This document shows, piece by piece, positions 1-13,542 of a DNA stretch of 64,000 nucleotides; the stretch's first letter is position 1; each line of letters opens with the position of its first letter. The notes under the pieces were generated by a model, which was not told where the DNA came from, did not search any database, and saw only the letters and a list, made by a program, of their open reading frames with translations. Made by a program: the position numbers and the translations under genes. The DNA comes from Eledone cirrhosa (taxonomy: Eukaryota): positions 163,432,001 to 163,496,000 of the forward strand of contig OZ024740.1 in the NCBI GenBank assembly GCA_964016885.1. The letters run 5' to 3'.

Positions 1-788
1 CGGACTACTATTGTGGTTAGTTTAATTTTCATGGAAGCGTGGCGTTTTTCCTGTTGCCGCCGTCGCCGTGGTGGGATCATCACTGGTGTTGTTGTTGTTA
101 TTGGTGTTACCAATGGCTTAATACTGACATAGATGATACCACTACTACTGCGACGAACGGGATGGGTGATGGGCGGTGTTGGTGTTTGTTGTCGCTGTCA
201 TTGTTGTTGTTACTGTTTATGGTCATGGTGACTGATACCACCAACTCTGTGTACCCACCTACCTCTAAACTTCTTTTTATTGCTTTGGCGTTATCGCTGT
301 TTACGGTCAATAGGGTGGTACCGTCACTGCGACGACTACGACCTGTATACACGACGCTGGTCTGTGTTTTTGCTGTTGTTTGTTGCTGTTGTCGTTGTAA
401 ATGTTTTTACTGTAGCTGTTGTTTTAGTTGTTGTTGTCAATAGGGTGATTGTATCAGCACGACTATTGCGACCAGTGTGGATAACTTTGGTCGGCGGTTT
501 GATGTTATTGTCATTGTTGTTGTAGTTGTCGTTGTCGTTGTTGTTGTTGTCTATAGGTGGTCGTCAACTAAATATATACTCCCCCCCCCCCCCATCAGAA
601 CTCCTTGTGTTCCTTCAACTGTCTACTGGGTTTTAGTTACACACGGTTCTTCGTTCTTTTCGTCTTTTTTCGGTGATAGCTTTTTCTAACAAACGCGAAT
701 GGCTGGCAAACCCTTCAAGGAACTCATATGTATGCTGCTGGGCGTATAGGCGTTAGGATGTGTGTTTTCCTGCCAGCAGCATATCAAA

Positions 789-900
789 TATATCGATCTT
801 CATCTGAGGAAACCGTTCTCATAATCAACAGCAAATGCATGAAGGACATCTCGATTGCATGGAGAACCGTGGAAATAATTATTATGATTAAACGATATAT
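789..900 (+). ncRNA. Type I hammerhead-like motif with long stem II
   Basis: CTGAGGA at 804-810; ACCGTTCTC pairs with GAGAACCGT (one mismatch); GAAA at 872-875; palindromic ATAATTAT stem III; TCAT/ATGA stem I with outer ATATATCG/CGATATAT. Confidence 0.5.
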
Positions 901-1015
901 GTAACCTCAGCATCTTATTTTATTATTTTTATTAAATTTTCCATCGTAACTAAAACAACGATTGTTAAGAGCTTTCTCCTGCTTACTCCTGTTTTTACCA
1001 AAACAATATTTTCCG

Positions 1016-1085
<70 letters not shown>

Positions 1086-1301
1086 GGATACTATTTATGG
1101 TTATGTATATACTAAAACTTTTATAGTTATATATATTTTCAACCCTAAACAGTGAAGGTCAGTAATAGGTCATGTGTACAGACATTGGAAAATGTTCCGA
1201 AGACTTCAAGCCTAGGTTTGGATGAAACAATTGTAAGTTAATAAATGCTTTGAACATAGCTTTGATTCTTGTGAATTCTATATATATATATATATATTCC
1301 T

Positions 1302-1350
1302 GATTCCTGATGATTTCTCAAGAATGAAACAGTTCTCGTCCTGTAGAATC
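1302..1350 (+). ncRNA. Type I hammerhead ribozyme
   Basis: GATTC-CTGATGA-TTTCTCAAGAAT-GAAA-CAG..CTG-TA-GAATC: stem I GATTC/GAATC, stem III ACAG/CTGT, GUA triplet; in a short unit between (TA)n tracts. Confidence 0.75.
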
Positions 1351-1437
1351 TCATCTATATTAAAACTTTTATACTCTGCTATGTATTGAGTACCTTACTT
1401 ACTGTGGTTACCTCCGATTCAACCCGGAACAACTTAC

Positions 1438-1494
<57 letters not shown>

Positions 1495-1729
1495 TTTTAT
1501 TAGACAAGAACTTGTCTGATGACCCTATGCAAAACAGGCGAAACTCCAGAGTAGCAGAACTCACTATTTAGCCTTAATAAAAATGAATATTACAACTCTA
1601 CATCGGTATTGAGTACTCCTTTCACATGTAGAGTGCACTGCGCAGGCTTCCCTGAGAGGGCGAGTGTTTCAGTTTTCGCAGCACTGATTTTCATTCAGCT
1701 ATGTAACACTCCGCATCAAACCAATCAAG

Positions 1730-2540
1730 TGCACTTAACTTCTGTCGAGTAATACCATGTCGTCAGCAAATAAATTATTCTGGCAGACAATCCGCCGACT
1801 TCGTAATAAAAAGTCCTCCTCCACACCTGTATCAGGAATGCGCCTGGGGTACTCATCTCTTCAGAGAGGTGCATCCTCGCGAGGTGGAGAGAATACTTTG
1901 CTGATCTCATAAACCCAATCACAACAGCATCTTTGAGCGTACAGGAGGTGCATCTGGGAGTGGTGACTAATCTACATTATATTCCACTGGATTAGACAAG
2001 AGCAGTTAAAGAGCTCAAATGTGACAAGGCCGTTGGGGAAGATGAAATCCGACACGAGATATTAAAAGCCTTAAATAAAGAAGGTATTCTCTGGCTGACT
2101 CGTGTGTGCCGGGTGGCCTGGATCTCTGGAAAGGCACCTAAGCAATGGAAGTCGGTAGTGATAATCCCAATTTTCAAAAAGGGAGACAAGCGAGATTATT
2201 CCAATTACAGATGGGGGATCTCCTTGTTAAGCCTCCCTGCTAAAGCCGTTTTTAAGTGTCTGGCAAAGAGATGCAGGGACATTGTCGAGTCCTAGCTACC
2301 CCAGACTAACGAAGCCGACCAAATATTCACACTGCGGCAGGTCTTGAGGGATTATTGCCAAGAAGTATATTCTTGTTTTGTTGACCTCGATAAGATTGTG
2401 TTCCTCGGGACCTGCTGTGGATGGCTGTGCAGTAGCATGGGATCGATAGTCAGCTTCTTGCTGCCCTGATGTCTATATACGAATACCCGAATATTTGTGT
2501 TCGGATAAATGGTGTTAATGTCTCTTATTCCTGTAATATA
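1730..2540 (+). mobile_element. RTE-clade LINE relic (Expander/Rex3-like RT N-terminal part)
   Basis: Translates to KAVGEDEIRHEILKAL..WLTRVCRVAW..WKSVVIIPIFKKGDKRDYSNYR.GISLLSLPAK; frameshifts and stops. Confidence 0.85.
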
Positions 2541-5500
2541 TAATGGATTCTCCATCAGGTTTGACGTTAAGAATCCTGTCGTTCGATGAACTGAACGATC
2601 CACTCACGTGGTTGGACAGTTCACAGATGTGTGTATCAATAACCTAATTATCATGTTGAATCAGTGTCACACGATATGGCACAGCTGGATCTGTTGATTA
2701 AAAACACAATCCATCCAGCGGGTTTCTCCATAGTTTTCATTAACCCAATTTTATTCACAAGATTTGGGTAGACTCGAGGCTATAGTAAAGACACCCAAGA
2801 TGCCATGCAGTGGGATAGAACCTAGGATCTCATGTTTTCGTCCAAAGTAAATATATAAACGTAATTTAGACATATTATACGGTAGTATTCAAGTATCACA
2901 GATTAGTTGGGTTGTACAGCCAAATACACTTATGCGAAAAGCATGAATTTACCAGATAATTGACTAATTACAAAACCTACTTTATTAATGCTCTTCACAG
3001 TAGTGTTATACCACTCTATAACAAGTTGCTGATTTCCTTAGAAGTCAATTTGCACTGTGATCATTTTAAATTAGTGGACTACTCTTCCTATATGTACCAC
3101 AAGCAAATACATCTCAACGACGAATCAACGAAGTTGTTCTGCGTGGTAGATCGACTTTGTAAAAGTAGCAGCCAAATCGCCGTAAAAATATAAAACGCAT
3201 TAAATTTAAGATATCAAAATAAATGGTCAAAGCTAGATTGCCCGTTTATCATAGGTCCACCGGCTAAGAATTGACCTTGGGCTAAATAAATATAACTACC
3301 ACCAGCTTACCTTATCCAGATAATTGAACAAGCACTGAGTATTTCATTAGCATGTTGTATTGAGTTGGAATAGTCCAGTGGATATAAAACGTGTGATAGA
3401 TTAGTTTCCTTATCAGACCAGTGACATGTTTCTCATTAGCTTGGTGTACAAGTTAAGATAAACTGCAACGAATCTTGCTTCTTACAGTGCACGCCTCTGA
3501 AATTATTGCGACTCAAGCAAGTGCCTCTAGCAGTAGATACAGCTCATAGTAAATGCAATCGGCAACCCCATAATATTTCATTAATACGAAAGACGTTATC
3601 ATGTCTAGTAATGCGTTTATTAACAGTCGAGGAGCTATTTTCTAATTGATGAAAGCTATTTAAAATTGTGACAGTTGACACGATTTTAATCTTCTTGAGG
3701 CAGCACGTGATTCGTTTAACTAGCACTGAATATATTTAATTTTCATAAATTAATAAACAAAAAAAATTTTCTAATACAAAACTTTGTATTGAAAAAATTT
3801 AATTGTACTTGTATGTCATTTTCTCTCCATATTCTGATAATTAATTATATATCCCATCACCTCAAAAAATGTGAAAAGAGTTTCAAGAAAACGTTTATTC
3901 TTCAAAGATTTATAACGAAAGGAAATTGTAAAATTTACTTAATTACTGGGTGTCTATCTGATTTTATTACTGCGACTTATATAATCAACCTCAAAATATT
4001 TTGCATTATTTGGCGTCAAGACAAAGGAAGTTCTAATTTGTTAGAGAAAAGAGGAGGGAGGCATGGCATTAAAGTAATAAAATTTAGAAAAATTTAAATG
4101 TCACTCATCTAAGAGTACTATTTATTGACAATAATTGACGATTGGTGTTTTAGCATGAAAACTTATTTCTAAACGAGATAGAATTCATTTCAAAATTAAA
4201 TTCGAAGTCCTACTATTAGAAAACTGAAACAAATCGATTATCAATCATGCATTTTTATTGAACTCATAAAAATCAAAATTTTATAAATTGATTTTCAGCC
4301 TAATTTTTCTATTTTAATATTAAGAATTAATGACAATTATTCCTCCTGATTCAAATTGGCTTCAATATTTTGTAGTATTCCTGAGCAGTGGATTGGCAAA
4401 GTTCAGGTCTCACCGAGGTCAACTTTGCCTTTCATCCTGTCGGGATCGATAAAATAAAGTACACTCCATTTAAGTGACTAGCTAACTTGTAGTCTTGTTA
4501 TTATGTAATAATCAATATTTTGAAATATTCCTGGGGGAGGCAGTGGCATATTTAAAAGAATGCTTCACTAAATGTCTTCAGAGTCTTGTTACGTTTCATT
4601 ACATTCTCAGTTCAAATCCTATTAGAGTGTATTGAATATGTAACAGAGTTGTTTAAATCGACTCCGCTGATCCTTACATATTTGTTACCTTCTACCAAAG
4701 CTAGAAATTATAAATTGGACTAACCTATGAGTTAGTCCAACAATACCGTATCTTTTCTGTCGATCCGAAACCGTGATCCGGTTTCGATTCTCAACTGTTG
4801 TCAGTTCATTTCCGTCATCAAAAAAGGATGAATATCACAAATACCAACTGTTACTCTTCTTTCTAAACCCGTGACTTTATCAAAACAATCGATATTCTGA
4901 TGGCACCAGGCAGTTTTATCTGATCATATAAAGAATACTTTAAGTTGATAGTCAACAATATTGGTTGAGAAACGAATACAACTGAAGCGAATTAATCTCG
5001 GTAGAAGAGAATTAAACAAAGTGGAAGAGAGTTAATCACAGTGGAAATAAAGTAACATGTTTCTGAAGTGAATTAATTAGGTAGCAGTAGTCAATAGATA
5101 CGAGGTTTAGTTTATAGAATGTTGAGAATTTTCACTCAGTTTTTAATTATTATTGTTTCTTAATTAAAAGTATTGAATACTTAATGAAATTATAAAGGCA
5201 TTATTGCTTCAGTATTGTTTTTCGTTCGTATTTTAATATAAACTTTATAAAATGTATTAAGTATTATATAAATAAAGAACATTTATGTAGAAATGATTAC
5301 CCAATGTGAATAATCTACAGGATTGTATTTATTCGAGTGAATTTATAAAATAATATAAATCCTTACAAGATGTATACTATTGCAGATTCATTTGCTTAAT
5401 CATTCAAACTTTAGACTTTTCTAAAGGATTTCGTGATGGGTCCCCGTACATCATCGAGTCAGTGGAATATCATTGAATACTTAGATTTCATGCAGTGTTT

Positions 5501-6051
5501 CTGGGGTAAGCTAACCCAATGGAGCATTTACCTTCTCCAAAGATTCGCTTCGCAACTATATAGTTTTGATATTACATCTACCATAACCTCGAGTTGACCA
5601 AATACATGTTGATAACATTTGGTTGACGGAAACTAAGAGGACCATTACTCTTCTAGAATGGTATACTTAACCGTCCCGTTGTTCAACATTACTTTTGGAT
5701 GCATAGAAATTCGAGTCAGATCTTCGGTCTTAGAAAACGTTATCCCGTTACCTGCAACCAGTGTCAATGGGACTTGAAAAAGTAACGACCACAGCTCTAA
5801 CAAAGACATGTAGAAATATTTGAACTTAGCATTAACAGCTAATGAAATATCTTAAAATTAAATTGCGCTTCAGCTTCCTTTAGTGATAATCTGTGCTCAC
5901 CTACGCATAATACATATTTACGACTAGGTGAGCTGCACTATTTTAGGCTTAAGTTGCTTAGCCTTGGAAACAAAGTAACATAGGTAATATGAAACATATT
6001 TTCTATCGAGTTTCAAAGCTGAGACACTCTTGAAAACTTACACCAGGAAAA

Positions 6052-6240
6052 TAATTGTTTATATTTTTAGCACAAGGCCAGAAATTAACCAATACATTAC
6101 TGGCACTTTATTTTATCGACCCCGTAAGGATGAAAGGCAAAGTTAACCTCGGTGGGATTTGAACTCAGAATGGCAAGGGCCATGACTTTATGCGTCAAAG
6201 CATGACGTCCGACCCTCTACTGATACTGCCGATCCACCAG
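6052..6240 (-). mobile_element. tRNA-derived SINE copy
   Basis: B-box GAGTTCAAATCC and body TTTGCCTTTCATCCTTACGGGGTCGATAAAATAAAG shared with many copies in the window. Confidence 0.8.
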
Positions 6241-7095
6241 GAAAATGATACAAACAACTCAGAGACGTTTGTGGTCACGAGACCTATTAGATGTAGCAGC
6301 CACATTTCCCCCCAAGTCACGCTATTTCTTTTAAAAACGACACATTGATAATGTAGTCCACACAACGAAGCAAAGATCATGACTGGAATGGTTTTGATAT
6401 AGGCCTGATCGAACAAGTCTAACATAGAGCTAAATACAACAGCAAACAATGAGATAGGTTTCCCCCAGGGAAATTATCCTTTAAAAAACACAATATATTG
6501 ATTGGATCTTCTAAAGTATCATTAGGCAAAACTGGAAAACAACACACCGTATCTTTAATGATATTATTCTTCAAAATATTGATTTTATTTCCTTATACGA
6601 CATTTACTGAGGATATCACCATAGAAACGCTTTTCTATTCCTTAAAACCCTATTGAAACTCTGAAATAATTTAGATTCGTATCGTCTATGTTGAAATCGA
6701 TCATTTTAAGAATGAACACTTTAAGAATGTTGTCTCAACAGTAAGTCATCTTCCTTAACACTTGCGCCTATCATATAATCGATAATTCTATGTATGTTTA
6801 TTAATAGCAGCCACCACATTTATCAACGTCCAGAAGCAATCAAAGAAGTCATTCGCCGAAACAAAGTGCAAAAAATATAAACTAATAACTTTGTTGCTTA
6901 TAAGAACATCAAATGTTGTTTCTTAGTTCCAGTTCAATACTAATCAAGCACACCTATAATCAAAGATCTTCGGGCCGTGACCATCTTATCTCTATGTTAT
7001 CTTATACAACGTCTCCTTCCTTTTTCGGTAAGATAGTACAGTGTAATTTCAGAGATTTGACTGGTATTTATAACAGATCGAGCGACCACGAAGAG

Positions 7096-7288
7096 CATAC
7101 CTGCCAACCTCTAAAAACCCGAACGGAGAGTACCATGAAAAAAGTGCATAAACACGAGAAGAAATGGGGTTAAATGGAGACCTTTTACATAATGAAAGCT
7201 ATACCAATTTCTACAAGAAAGGCATCTCTCACCCACCCCAAAGTGGGTGGGAGATCTCCCCGTCGGACGGAGAGAGTTGACAAGTCTG
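7096..7288. mobile_element. MITE, probably hAT-derived
   Basis: Imperfect TIRs CATACCTGCCAAC / GTTGACAAGTCTG; flanks ACGAAGAG / GTGAAGAG resemble an 8-bp TSD; second copy at 19828-19991. Confidence 0.65.
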
Positions 7289-8401
7289 GTGAAGAGGCTC
7301 ACTCTGTTCCAGAATAGAGGATGCTGAATTATTCACTGAAATTCACTCGATCAAATTTCGTCACCGACACAACGATATCTTCATAGTCAAGACATTTAAG
7401 TTTAATTGACTCAGTTTACGTAACTGTAAACAGGTAACCTACACCTGTAATATTTTTACTGTAAGAAGCGGGAAAACTTTAAAAATTAATGTGCACTTTG
7501 TTAGTATATCATGTCGACATCTAGCTTGGGTCAGGATCATGATGATTTCTAATTTAAGCACAAGACCGGAAGTTTCGCGGGGAAGGGAAGTTGTTTACAT
7601 CTGGTACTATATTTTATTGAATTTGAATACGAAAAGCAAAACTGAACTTAGAACGTAAGGGGTCGTAACTAAATACCGCAAAGTTCTAACGATTCTGCTA
7701 ACTCATTTTCTTGATCTGGGTCATATTGGTTTCTCATTTAGGCACAAGACCAGCAATTTAGAGGAGGGCAAAATACCATTACATCGACTTCATTACTTGA
7801 CTGGAGAAAAAAAATCAAAGTTGTCTTCGGTGTGATTTGAACTCAAGATGTAAAGAGCCAGAACAAATGCCTCAAAACATTTTTCTGATGCTCTAACAGT
7901 TCTACCGATACATTACTCTGGCTTAACTTAGAATATAATCATTCACCATGCAACTTATTCTATTACAATGATTCCTAAATAGATTCAATATTAATAAGTA
8001 ATAGAAGTAGTAACTGAAAACCAGGTTAGAAAGTAAGATAATCTAATGGATCTTTGATGTTTATTCTAACGTTCATTTAGTAGCTTCTTTAGTGGCTATT
8101 AATTGCATATTAAAATTCAGTTAGTGAAGACTATTAAACTAAAAAGAGACCCACTTACTACAATTCATACTATCGATTTCCAGCAACGCAAAAATGAGAA
8201 AAATCTCCTATGTAGACCAACCGAAAGTAGTAACAGTTTATGAAGTTACTCTTGCAGACCAGCACAGCTAGGATATTATTAAAGAGATGATTTATTCAAG
8301 CATAGCAAGAGCTGCATAAATTATAATGCTAATTTTTCAAAGTTAAAAACACTGACAACTATATTTTCAATTCCTCTTGCCATATATGTTTTTTATATAA
8401 T

Positions 8402-8566
8402 TGTTTCTACTTTTGGCACAAGGCCAGTAATTACCAATACATTACTGGTACTTTATTTTATCGACCCCGTAAGGATGAAAGGCAAAGTTCACCTCGGTGG
8501 GATTTGAACTCAGAATGTAAAGGGACGTAACTATGCTGGAAAGCGACCCTCTACCGATACTGCCAA
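8402..8566 (-). mobile_element. tRNA-derived SINE copy with TSD
   Basis: Same SINE body; flanked by direct repeat TTTATATAAT. Confidence 0.85.
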
Positions 8567-8583
8567 TTTATATAATGTAAATA

Positions 8584-8585
<2 letters not shown>

Positions 8586-8617
<32 letters not shown>

Positions 8618-8696
8618 TGTTGTTGTTGTTGCTGTGGTGGTTGTTGTTGTTGTTGTTGTTGTTGTTGTTGCTGCTGCTGCTGATGCTGCTGCTGCT

Positions 8697-8729
<33 letters not shown>

Positions 8730-8761
8730 GCTGTTGCTGCTGCTGCTGCTGCTTTTGCTGC

Positions 8762-8793
<32 letters not shown>

Positions 8794-8810
8794 CTGCCGC
8801 CATTGTTGCT
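8586..8810. repeat. Compound trinucleotide microsatellite (TAG/TTG/CTG)
   Basis: Seen directly; explains the poly-L/V/A/N ORFs. Confidence 0.95.
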
Positions 8811-10615
8811 TTTGAGCCTCAGGCTAGCCTTAAAGCTTTGATTGGACAAACCTAGGCACCCATGCCATAAAAATCCTGTATTTTTTTCTTTTTTAATGAA
8901 TAGTTGTATTCCAGATTATATTGAATCCTTATAGTGAATCTCGACGAAATTTGAATTCAGAGAGCAAAAACCCCGAACAAACACACTTTATCCGTCACCC
9001 GAATGACTCTATCAATCGACTATCTTCAGCGACTATCTAATTTAATAGATATTACATATATCTAGAGATTCTATTAGCATTGGTATTACGTCTATCTTCT
9101 TTAGGGACAAAACATCTGCCCTTTCTTGTGTGGAGTCCTTCACCTTTTCCTATTCCTTAAATTCAACATTAATTTAATCACGTATTACAACACTAATCAT
9201 TTCAAATGCTTTTGGTGTTTTTCACAATATCAGGTCTGCCACTTTTATATAATTTTGTTGTTCGGCCCCAAACTTATAATCAAAGGTATTTTAATTTTTC
9301 TTTTCTTTTCCTACATATTTTATTTATTTGTTTATTTATATTGTATATTCAGGACTACTCAATGTATCCTTTTTTTTCAAAGACTGTAGGGAATAATTTG
9401 AGGAAGAATTGACTGCTATTTCTAGCAGGTTGAACAAACACATAGAGACGCCCTCATTGGCTTGTCTGTCATATGGTCACATTGGATGGGTTAATTCCCA
9501 AGGATTTCGATGTCATTAGATTCGATTATAATGAGAGACGTATGCTCATGCAAGTTCTTGGGTTTTTTACTTCCTATTTTCAATGGATGGTATGTACTAC
9601 ATTATCATGCATTCATTTATAATTTTTTCTTCTAAGCTAATTAAAAACGCAGCATGGCTGAATGCTTAAAGAAGTTCGCTTTGCAGTTATAAAAGTCTCA
9701 TCGTGGACACGTGGCATTTACCATAACCTCAGTTTGACTCCTCCCTTGGACAGGTGGAGCTTGCTGGAAGCACGTCAGCTAGGCAGTAACTATATTCCAA
9801 ATGGCCAGCCTTGTTACACACTGGATTTCTCTGAGAATTATATTAAGGGTATACGTGCCTATAGAATACTCAGTTACTTGCATGTAATTTAACGAGCAGG
9901 CTGTTCCGTTAATCAAATAACTAGATCAATCATCGTCGAAACTGACGGAGGCCGATTCTCTTCCATATGCTGTTAGTTTGACCTGTCAATAACTTATTGG
10001 AAGTCATGTTATTGGTCGAGAATTATCATCATTTTTGCTTTCGTTTGAGATCTTCAAACACTGAACAGTCCTACTTCATGTCATCCATTCCGAGAAAGAT
10101 GTTTACGTCATATGTGATAAATTCTATTGTTTGCTTATTCTTCTATGGCAGAAAATCGATTTCTTAGGACTATTTTCATTACAAATTCTCGATACCAGGT
10201 GTTCTCCAGCTGGTTAGTGTACTACTGTGTGTCTGACTTTAAGTTATCAATTATATGTAGTTGATTACCATTTCTTATACTATTTGTCTTGGATTTTGTC
10301 ACCATTAAGCAATTGTTTTGTCGTGTTTTGGATTTCTCTAAATCTTATTCAAATAAGCATTGTTAATTATTGGATATGACATTCGTATTATAACAGTTCT
10401 CGTTTATCACTTTTAGAATATGTGACATACGAATCTGTTTGTATTGTTTGGTATTTTGTTGAAATCTGTCTGGATGTATTTTCTAATACCAATTCCACGT
10501 CAGTTTCTCAAGTAAATCTGCAATGGTGATGATAAAGCCACATATGTACATCACTGAATTGGGAAACTGTAATGGTGATGATGAAGGTATTCATCACTAA
10601 ATAGATTAAACTGTT

Positions 10616-10653
<38 letters not shown>

Positions 10654-10949
10654 ACAAGTATATCACTGAATAGTGATCCATTTTATTTTCTGCAGAAATG
10701 TTTTTAGTTGTTTGACATCTTACACCTTCGAGTCGTTCATATACAAAAGTTGGTTGATTGTCTTCCCATAACATTGTAAATGGGTGAGAAGGAAGGGAAA
10801 TAGCAGTGTTGTTAAAAAAACGGACAGAATGCTTTACCGTATTAGTTCAATCACTCTGCGCTCTAAGTTCAAATGCTGTCGTGGTCAACTTTTCTTTTTC
10901 ATCTGTTTGAAGTCGATAAAAAAACGTACCGCTACAATGCTGAGTCGAT

Positions 10950-11340
10950 ACTTTCTCTATATCTTTTTCTCACCTCCTCTCCATCTCGGATGTGTTTAAT
11001 GTATCTTCCTATTATTAGTGCTACCTTACCTATAGGTCATGTTTCCAAGATTCACATGTGGGGAAACACTATCAAAAGCGATCTTGTAGTCAATCTATGC
11101 TCTGCTCTGATTTGTCTTGCTCTTCCTACAGGTTTGTTGACCAATAATTGAGCAGTTTGAGCCTATGCAACATCCCTTCTGCTGTTCTGGAAATAATTTA
11201 TTTTCCAGATAATTATATACTCTAAGGTATATTATTGCAGCTATGGCTTTGTAGGTTCTATGAAGGCAGGCTATAGATTTATAGATTTCGGGATTTGCTC
11301 TTTCTTAAGTTTTGAGACAGGTGCTGTCTGTGGCTCCGTC
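10950..11340 (-). mobile_element. Old R4/Dong-like RT relic
   Basis: Minus strand gives QKGC..LLVNK and IDYKIAFDSV, matching the EQLLINK..WLDYRKAFDSVPH region of the element at 61864-62775. Confidence 0.6.
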
Positions 11341-12659
11341 AGTGTCTACTTAGAACCATGAGCCGACAACGAAGAAGTCGAGGGTTTCCATCGCAGTGGT
11401 ATAATCCTAACCGTCTTGCGGAGATGGGTAGCAAATGGAGACAGAAAATGAATGGTAAACTGCCGTGGAAAGCAAGAAGGTCACAAAGGAAAACAATGAA
11501 CTCCAGCCGAAGGCGTGTAAGATCATAAAGAAGAACAGCGATCCTTGAGATGGTATGAGATTCACGGTTGTTCGAAGCACTAACAAGATCCACTAACAAA
11601 TGGTTTGAAAAAAGTGTAGGGGATGGTATGCTGATTGAAAAGGAGGAAATAGAACCAGAATTCAAAAGATGCTCCTACATAAACTATTGATAAAACTCTC
11701 AGTGATAATGTAATATCGCTTGAAACAATCTGGCCAGATGCCGTGGAATGTTTCTTGTTGCATCCAATATAGTGGATGTTCACGGGAACTTTTGCATTAC
11801 TAGTTCCTAGTTCCAAGAGTAATAGTCGGCCATGTATACATAAATCTTTTTGTGCGTTTTATCTAAACTTCTAATATTTCTTCATATATTGTAGAAAGTT
11901 TTGCCCCACCTCTCGTTTTTTGTATAATCATGTGTGTGTATGTATTAATTTCTTTCTCTAACACACTTTTGTTTAAATGTGCGAGCCCTGTAACGAATAC
12001 ATGCAATATTTATTATAGTTGGTGGTAAAGTATCGTAGATAGTAGAGTGTCAGATTAATTACAATAGTTAGTTATAGCATTTTACGTTCTGAGTTCGAAT
12101 CCCATCATCATCCACTTTACATTTATCTTACCGCGGAAGAATAAATAAAGTACCAGGGAAATACTGGTTCCATATAATCGTCATTCATCTCATTGTGTGG
12201 CCTTGTGCCTACGTCAGATATCTTAATTATTTGTTTTCTCTTTTCAATACAATTCTCTCCTTCACTACCAGGTTTCAACAATATTCCTTGAAAATAATTA
12301 TATTTTAATTCATTCAACATTAATGTCATTCATTTACTGCTAGATGTATATTATGTTCAGATCCGAGAAAAAATACTGAGGCATTCACCTTGAAGAATCT
12401 ACCAACGCACAGTGCCAGACGAAAAGACCAAATCAAATGAATAATTCATGCGGAAATATTGGAATAGATTCCGTTCGTAATGTATAAATTAACATCCTCT
12501 TGAAATACGAAGATACTGGAACCATGCTCTAAACGCTAGATTATATTGCATTACACTGCTGCACTAAATTATAACACGTTCTACGTTAGATTGCATTACA
12601 TATCCAATACCATTACATATATCCTTGTTTTCTGCTAAGGATAGAATTAACCGCAACAG

Positions 12660-12850
12660 CAACACGAGCAACAACAACAACAACAACAACAACAAAAGGA
12701 GTAGCAGTAATGACACCATCAGCAATAACATAAGTAGCAACAACAACAACAACAAAAGGAGTAGCAGCAATGACACCATCAGCAATAACATAAGTAGCAA
12801 CAACAACAACAAAAGGAGTAGCAGCAATCACACCATCAGCAATAACAATA
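12660..12850. repeat. Minisatellite, about 57-60 bp x 3
   Basis: (CAA)n-AAGGAGTAGCAG.AAT.ACACCATCAGCAATAACA repeated three times. Confidence 0.9.
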
Positions 12851-13316
12851 ACTTGCCATAATAGACTTTATGGCAAGTTGGTATTCGTACCACGCAAACA
12901 CCGACTACCAAATGTCCTACATTAAAAATTGCATTGAAGCAAGACCCCGATGCATTTGGTCCCAATTAAGATACGTGAGAAGCTACAGCTTCAAAGAGAA
13001 ATTTTTGAGGATTGTTAATCCTACAGACAGTAACAGGTCAAGTCCTAATACACACGGTAGTGTCTCACAGATGTAATATAGAAGGTTGAAAAACTTCCAT
13101 TAACTAAGATTATCGGTTCAATTAATAGTGTTTAAACTCTAAAAACAGCAAGTGAGTAGGATTACTCCGATAATATCAGCCAACCGAAATGTTTTGAAAA
13201 TAGAAACAATGTAGTTAAGAATGTAACTTGGCTTTAAAGCCTACTAGTAAAAGCAACGGACATGTTTCAATCTCATTAGACATTCTGAACGAAGTATGTA
13301 TGTGTATGTGTATATG

Positions 13317-13355
<39 letters not shown>

Positions 13356-13446
13356 CGAAGGAATTGTGGTAAGGAACCAGATGGACCATAACGCTCCAGA
13401 GTACTCAATACTTAGGGTAGTAGAGTGGGTAATAGGAAAAGGTATG

Positions 13447-13542
13447 ACTCCGACGGCAGAGCTCAAGCCGTTTCGACGGCTATTTCTGGACTAAATTAGA
13501 ATTTTTAGCCTGGTAAATAAATAGCCGAACTTGTCAAGAGGT
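13447..13542 (-). ncRNA. Hammerhead ribozyme, U3-A8 core variant, in PLE pseudo-LTR
   Basis: ACCTC-TTGACAA-GTTCGGCTATTT...AAATAGCCGTC-GAAA-CGGC..GCCG-TC-GGAGT; GUC triplet. Confidence 0.7.

Noticed and set aside
1-700. Cys/Val/Asn-rich ORFs, possible PLE linker on the minus strand
   Set aside because: Low-complexity GTT/GTC sequence; only a weak resemblance (KRSLEVGGYTE versus NQALKWGGFQE) and no RT or GIY-YIG motif.
8531-8855. Poly-amino-acid ORFs (also 27779-28123 and the many YI/CV/HT/MYVC ORFs)
   Set aside because: These are translations of microsatellites, with no evidence of real genes.
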